Below are positions 16,980-21,888 of a DNA stretch of 21,888 nt, in pieces. The translations under genes were made by a program, and so were the position numbers. This DNA comes from a candidate division FCPU426 bacterium (GTDB lineage Bacteria; Oederibacteriota; JAAXVQ01; JAUVAV01), in assembly GCA_030637655.1 (NCBI GenBank), contig DAOWGI010000111.1:1-21888 (forward strand). The letters are read 5' to 3'. Positions within the stretch are counted from its first letter, which is position 1. Every line of letters begins with the position of its first letter. The notes under the pieces were generated by a model. The model was not told where the DNA came from. It worked only from the letters and a program-made list of their open reading frames with translations, and ran no database searches.

Positions 16980-17189
16980 TTATTGCTTGCGCTTAAACAA
17001 AGCTACAAACCATTGGAAATTCAGAATAATATGCGTAGTTACAAATAACGTTACTAAAGGTGCATTAATTTCATGCACTTCATGCATCCACCCAATATGA
17101 AATCTCGACATTCCCAATCCGCTAACAATTTGGGTGAGAATTACCAGGAAAAGAATGGGATTAACAATTTTTAACAGCTTTTGTTTCAT
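16980..17189 (-). CDS. Small two-helix membrane protein, DUF4405-like
   Basis: Two hydrophobic segments, SG at the end of helix 1, WMHEVHE...HIILNFQW pattern; RBS AGGAG. Confidence 0.7.
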   Translation of the reverse strand: MKQKLLKIVNPILFLVILTQIVSGLGMSRFHIGWMHEVHEINAPLVTLFVTTHIILNFQWFVALFKRKQ

Positions 17190-17268
17190 TTAGATCACTC
17201 CTCTCTTTTTAGGTATTCGCAGATCACTTCAAAACCTTACATCATTTTGAAATATATCCGGCCATAAT

Positions 17269-19620
17269 CTAAATTCGGGCTTTCCGCAGTCGCAGAGCAT
17301 TACTAATCACTGAGACTGAACTGAAACTCATAGCGGCCGCAGCAATCATCGGACTTAGCAAAATTCCAAATACCGGATACAATACACCCGCGGCCAGCGG
17401 CACTCCTAAAGCATTGTAAACAAACGCAAAAAATAAATTTTGCTTAATATTGCGCATGGTTAAGCGGCTCAGGATTTTGGCTTTGACAATGCTTCTGAGA
17501 TCCCCTTTGACTAAGGTCACCTGAGCGCTCTCGACAGCCACCTCGGTTCCTGTCCCCATGGCAATTCCCACCTGCGCCTGAGCCAATGCCGGAGCATCAT
17601 TAATCCCATCACCGGCCATGGCTACAAAACGTCCTTGTTCTTGGTATTTTTTCACGACCTCAGCTTTCTGATCAGGCAATACGCCGGCTTCAACTTCTTC
17701 TATATTCAATTGTTTGGCAATGGCCTTGGCTGTTAATTCATTGTCGCCTGTAACCATTACCACATGAACGCCTGTTTTTTTTAACTGCTCTATAGCTTGC
17801 GGTGTGGTTGCTTTCACACTATCGGCAACTGTGAGCAGACCAACAGGTTTTTCTTCAATGGCTACAAACATAACCGTATGTCCTTGTTGACGCGCTGCTG
17901 TTGTGTCGGCTTGCAGTTTTTCCAAGGAGACATTATGCTTTTTAAGGAATACTTCGGTCCCCACCATGACCTGTTTTCCATTGATCTTCCCTTGCACACC
18001 TTTACCAATAATCGCTTGAAAATCTTCAATCACTTCCAGTGAAAGTCCGGATTTTTTAGCTCCTTGCACAATCGCTTCTGCCAAGGGGTGTTCACTGCCT
18101 TGCTCTAAGCTGGCAGCAAAGGTTAATATTTGGTTTTCAGCATAAATTCCCAGACTTTTCACTTGTTGTAGTTTAGGTTTCCCTTCAGTAAGGGTCCCTG
18201 TTTTATCCACTAATATGGTATCAATACGATACATGGTTTCGATGGCTTCCGCATCCTTAAAGAGCACTCCCTCGGTGGCACCTTTTCCTGAGGCCACCAT
18301 AATGGACATGGGTGTAGCCAACCCTAAGGCGCAGGGACAAGCTATGATAAGCACGGCCACGGCATTAACCAAGGCGTAAGCTAACGCCGGAGCTGGTCCC
18401 CATAGCGCCCATACAATAAAGGCCAGGATAGAAGACAACACAACAGCTGGAACAAAATAGCCGGACACCTGATCCGCCAATTTTTGGATGGGAGCGCGAC
18501 TACGCTGCGCTTTGGCAACCATATCCACGATTCGAGCCAGCATGGTATCTTTGCCAACTTTTTCAGCGATCATCACTAACGAACCGTGCCCATTTACAGT
18601 TCCGCCTATAAGGGTGCTTCCTGGAACTTTTTCCACCGGAATGGGTTCCCCGCTGATCATGGATTCATCCACACTGCTGTTTCCTTGATTTACGCTTCCG
18701 TCTACCGGGATTTTTTCACCTGGCCGCACTCTCAATTTCCGACCTAAAGTGATCTGTGCTATGGGCATATCAACTTCTTCTCCGCTCTCGTTTATTAATC
18801 TGGCTGTTTTCGGAGCTAATCCCAAAAGGCTTTTAATGGCTGATCCGGTCCGACTTCGCGCATTTAGCTCCATTACTTGACCGATCAACACCAGGGCCAC
18901 AATAATTCCGGCTGCTTCAAAATATACCTCCACCTGACCTTTGGCATTCCGGAACGCCTCTGGAAATACATAGGGAAATAATGTAGCTATCAGACTATAG
19001 ACATAGGAAACAACCACACCCAAACCAATCAAGGTAAACATATTGGGACTACGATTTACGACCGAATTCCAGGCACGTACAAAAAAAGGCCAGCCGCAGT
19101 ACAAAACAATCGGTGTGGCTAATAACAATTCCAGCCATTGCCGGATTGCTTTGGGAATGAATGGAGCAATCAATCCGCCGGTTATCATATCGCCCATACT
19201 CACAATCAGCAACGGAATCGCTAATATGACACTTACCCGGAAGCGCTTGGACATACCTTTTAGCTCGTGATTATCTTCCTCGCCATCGAGTGAAAGGTCC
19301 TTGGGTTCCAAGGCCATACCGCATTTCGGACACGTGCCGGGTCTTTTTTGCTCTATTTCAGGATGCATGGGGCAGGTATAAATAATCTGATCAGACCCCG
19401 CCGCTTCTTTTTTCGGCTGCTGCTTTTCATTTTCATAAAAACCTTCCGGATGGGCTTTGAATTTTTCCGCACAGTGAGTACTGCAGAAATAGATCGTTTT
19501 TCCCTGATATTCTGTTTTGTGGAGAGAATCCGTCTGCACGGTCATTTTACAAACCGGATCTATTATCGCGGTTTGACTGGAAGGTTGAGTGAGTTGATGT
19601 TGGTAATGTGAATTCATCAT
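17269..19620 (-). CDS. copA: Cu(I)/Ag(I)-translocating P1B-type ATPase with N-terminal YHS and CPMH metal-binding domains
   Basis: DPVC...[49 protein letters not shown] and MxxSS in the last helices. Start likely ATG 19620 (ORF track 19644). Confidence 0.95.
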   Translation of the reverse strand: MMNSHYQHQLTQPSSQTAIIDPVCKMTVQTDSLHKTEYQGKTIYFCSTHCAEKFKAHPEGFYENEKQQPKKEAAGSDQIIYTCPMHPEIEQKRPGTCPKCGMALEPKDLSLDGEEDNHELKGMSKRFRVSVILAIPLLIVSMGDMITGGLIAPFIPKAIRQWLELLLATPIVLYCGWPFFVRAWNSVVNRSPNMFTLIGLGVVVSYVYSLIATLFPYVFPEAFRNAKGQVEVYFEAAGIIVALVLIGQVMELNARSRTGSAIKSLLGLAPKTARLINESGEEVDMPIAQITLGRKLRVRPGEKIPVDGSVNQGNSSVDESMISGEPIPVEKVPGSTLIGGTVNGHGSLVMIAEKVGKDTMLARIVDMVAKAQRSRAPIQKLADQVSGYFVPAVVLSSILAFIVWALWGPAPALAYALVNAVAVLIIACPCALGLATPMSIMVASGKGATEGVLFKDAEAIETMYRIDTILVDKTGTLTEGKPKLQQVKSLGIYAENQILTFAASLEQGSEHPLAEAIVQGAKKSGLSLEVIEDFQAIIGKGVQGKINGKQVMVGTEVFLKKHNVSLEKLQADTTAARQQGHTVMFVAIEEKPVGLLTVADSVKATTPQAIEQLKKTGVHVVMVTGDNELTAKAIAKQLNIEEVEAGVLPDQKAEVVKKYQEQGRFVAMAGDGINDAPALAQAQVGIAMGTGTEVAVESAQVTLVKGDLRSIVKAKILSRLTMRNIKQNLFFAFVYNALGVPLAAGVLYPVFGILLSPMIAAAAMSFSSVSVISNALRLRKARI

Positions 19621-19680
19621 ATCACCGCCTTCTTTCCTATTCATTAAATTCAGTCGGTTTTTTTCTCAGTCTTCGGATTT

Positions 19681-21888
19681 TCACCGCGTCCTGTTTTTTC
19701 GCATTGTCGCCGGAGCCTTTATAAGCAACCGGTGGAGCTCCCGCTCTTTCCATAAACTGTAAATCACGGGGATAATAATCAAGGTCAGTACAACCGCGGT
19801 AATGAGTCCGCCCACCATCGGGGCGGCAATACGTTTCATTACATCCGCGCCTTCCCCTTGACTCCACATAAGCGGTAAAAGCGCAATAATGGTGGTCGCT
19901 ACGGTCATAATAATCGGGCGGACACGCATGACTGATCCGGCGATGACGGTCGCGGTTAAATCAGTCATGGTTTTTAAATGACCATCGTTTTTAGCTTTGC
20001 GATAGGCGGCATTTAAATATACCAACATTACAATCCCGGTTTCAGCAGCCACGCCGGCCAAGGCAATAATACCAACCCAGACGGCAATACTCATATTGTA
20101 CCCAAGAATACTTATCAGCAAGACACTTCCCACCAGAGCAAAAGGTACGGTAAGTAAAATAATTAAAGTTTCGGTAAAGGATTTAAAATTAAAATAAATT
20201 AGTAAAAATATAATGATGAGCGTGACGGGTACCACAATCCGGAGTTTTTGCTTAACCCGCTGCATAAATTCGTATTGACCGGTCCAAAACAAATGATATC
20301 CGGCCGGCAAATCAAGCTCTGCGCGCACACGCTTTTTAGCCGCCTCAACATAACTCCCGATATCCCGGCTCTCGTCAATATCCACAAACACCCAACCGGT
20401 AATGGATCCATTTTCATTTTTAATCATCGGCGGGCCGGTTTTAATTCTGATATCAGCCAATTGCTCCATCGGAATCTGTGCTCCGCCGGGGGTGGGCACA
20501 TAAACTTTACGCAGGGAATCAAGGTTGTCGCGTAATTCTCTGGGATAGCGGACATTTATTTTATAACGTTCGGGCCCTTCTATGGTTGACCCGATATTCA
20601 TGCCTCCGATCGCGGTTTCGATCACCTGCTCAACATCCTGAATAGTCAGGCCATAGCGCGCGATCTCCCGCCGCTTGGGTTCAAAGTCAATGAAATATCC
20701 GCCGGTCACGCGCTCGGCATAGACACTGCGTGTTCCCTTTATTTTTTTCATAACGGTTTCTAATTGCATTCCAATGTGTTCAATATGTTTAAGCTCCGGT
20801 CCAAAAATCTTGATGCCGACGGGTGTGCGAATCCCGGTGGTTAACATATCAATCCGGCCTTTGATCGGCATGGTCCAGGCATTGGTCCAGCCGGGGAATT
20901 TCATGGCTTGGTCCATTTCCCGGATTAGTTTTTTCCAGGTCATCCCTTTGCGCCAATGTTTCTTATCCTTAAGCATTACTGTGGTTTCTACCATTGACAA
21001 TGGTGCCGGATCAGTTGCGGTTTTGGCTCTTCCGACTTTTCCGAATACGGTGTCCACTTCCGGGAAACTTTTGAGAATTTTATCCTGCACATGCAGCATC
21101 TTTTTTGCTTCTGCAATGGATATCCCCGGCAGGGTGGTGGGCATGTACAAAATACTGCCCTCATTCAAGGGGGGCATAAATTCCGAACCCAAACGCAGGA
21201 ACAAGGGAACCGCTGCCAAGAGCACCCCCAGCGCAACCAGTAGGGTTGTTTTGCGATATTTTAATACCGTATGCGCGATCGGCTGATAGAGATTGATCAG
21301 CCAACGATTAATGGGATTGGCTGTTTCGGGTTTAACATTCCGCTTGGATAACAAACTTAAGAGTGCCGGCGCCAGGGTAACAGATACCATGGCCGCAAAA
21401 AACATGGCAAATGTTTTCGTATACGCCAGTGGTTTAAACAGTTTTCCCTCTTGCGCTTCTAGGGTAAAGATGGGCAAAAAAGAAACTGTGATCACCAGCA
21501 GGGAAAAAAATATCGGCTTGCCGACTTCTTGGGTAGCTTCGGTTAAAATGGACAGCATGGGACGATCCGTGTGCTGATAGTGTTCCAGTTTTTTATTCAC
21601 ATTCTCAACTAATACTACGGCCGCATCCACCATGGCCCCAATGGCAATGGCTATTCCACCCAATGACATAATATTCGATGATAAACCAAGGTAATACATG
21701 GGAATGAAGGCAATCAACACAGCTACCGGCAAGGTAATTACAGCCACGAGTGCGCCGCGCCAGTGAAGTAAAAAAATAAAAATCACGATAGCCACGACCA
21801 ACCCTTCTTCTGACAATGTCTTGGTCAATGTTTTGATGGCTTTTAGAATAATACCGGACCGGTCATAGACCATGCGGATTTTAACGCC
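19681..21888 (-). CDS. cusA: CusA/CzcA heavy-metal efflux RND permease, 5'-partial
   Basis: YDRS, NIMSLGGIAIAIGAMVDAA, FKPLAYTKT, three CusA-type Met positions (LYMPT, APLSMVET, WTMPI). Frame is open to the window edge. Confidence 0.95.
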   Translation of the reverse strand, partial: GVKIRMVYDRSGIILKAIKTLTKTLSEEGLVVAIVIFIFLLHWRGALVAVITLPVAVLIAFIPMYYLGLSSNIMSLGGIAIAIGAMVDAAVVLVENVNKKLEHYQHTDRPMLSILTEATQEVGKPIFFSLLVITVSFLPIFTLEAQEGKLFKPLAYTKTFAMFFAAMVSVTLAPALLSLLSKRNVKPETANPINRWLINLYQPIAHTVLKYRKTTLLVALGVLLAAVPLFLRLGSEFMPPLNEGSILYMPTTLPGISIAEAKKMLHVQDKILKSFPEVDTVFGKVGRAKTATDPAPLSMVETTVMLKDKKHWRKGMTWKKLIREMDQAMKFPGWTNAWTMPIKGRIDMLTTGIRTPVGIKIFGPELKHIEHIGMQLETVMKKIKGTRSVYAERVTGGYFIDFEPKRREIARYGLTIQDVEQVIETAIGGMNIGSTIEGPERYKINVRYPRELRDNLDSLRKVYVPTPGGAQIPMEQLADIRIKTGPPMIKNENGSITGWVFVDIDESRDIGSYVEAAKKRVRAELDLPAGYHLFWTGQYEFMQRVKQKLRIVVPVTLIIIFLLIYFNFKSFTETLIILLTVPFALVGSVLLISILGYNMSIAVWVGIIALAGVAAETGIVMLVYLNAAYRKAKNDGHLKTMTDLTATVIAGSVMRVRPIIMTVATTIIALLPLMWSQGEGADVMKRIAAPMVGGLITAVVLTLIIIPVIYSLWKERELHRLLIKAPATMRKNRTR

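Noticed and set aside
141-21577. Many short antisense or overlapping ORFs in the track (e.g. 141-461, 9505-9963, 15588-16139, 16479-17048, 20774-21286)
   Set aside because: They overlap well-supported genes on the other strand or frame and show no recognisable motifs.
1-21888. CRISPR array, tRNA, rRNA, known riboswitches
   Set aside because: No regularly spaced repeats, cloverleaf or recognisable consensus seen by eye; an Rfam scan would be needed to exclude them fully.

Overview
Bacterial DNA, probably from a diderm anaerobe of a candidate phylum (inference from the PorV-like barrel, the FlgD-Ig cargo protein and the Pro/Thr-linker lipoprotein). From left to right: the 3' end of a probable IS3-type transposase that has interrupted a DUF4268-type PD-(D/E)XK nuclease gene; an AT-rich spacer; a Pro/Thr-rich lipoprotein with a clear sigma70 promoter; a minus-strand DedA-tkt-gnd-zwf-pgl-nupC pentose-phosphate cluster; a PorV/PorQ-like barrel plus TPR gene convergent with an 843-aa secreted beta-propeller carrying a FlgD/T9SS-like sorting domain; and the distal end of a copper cluster (cusA partial, copA, DUF4405-like, secreted YHS protein, fprA). 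The intergenic regions hold most of the unexplained signal: a possible orphan IS110 left end/bridge-RNA-like element, IS200/IS605-like palindromes, GTAG REPs, a hidden DUF547 fragment, a possible RHS remnant and a structured leader. All family assignments come from motif recognition; no searches were run.
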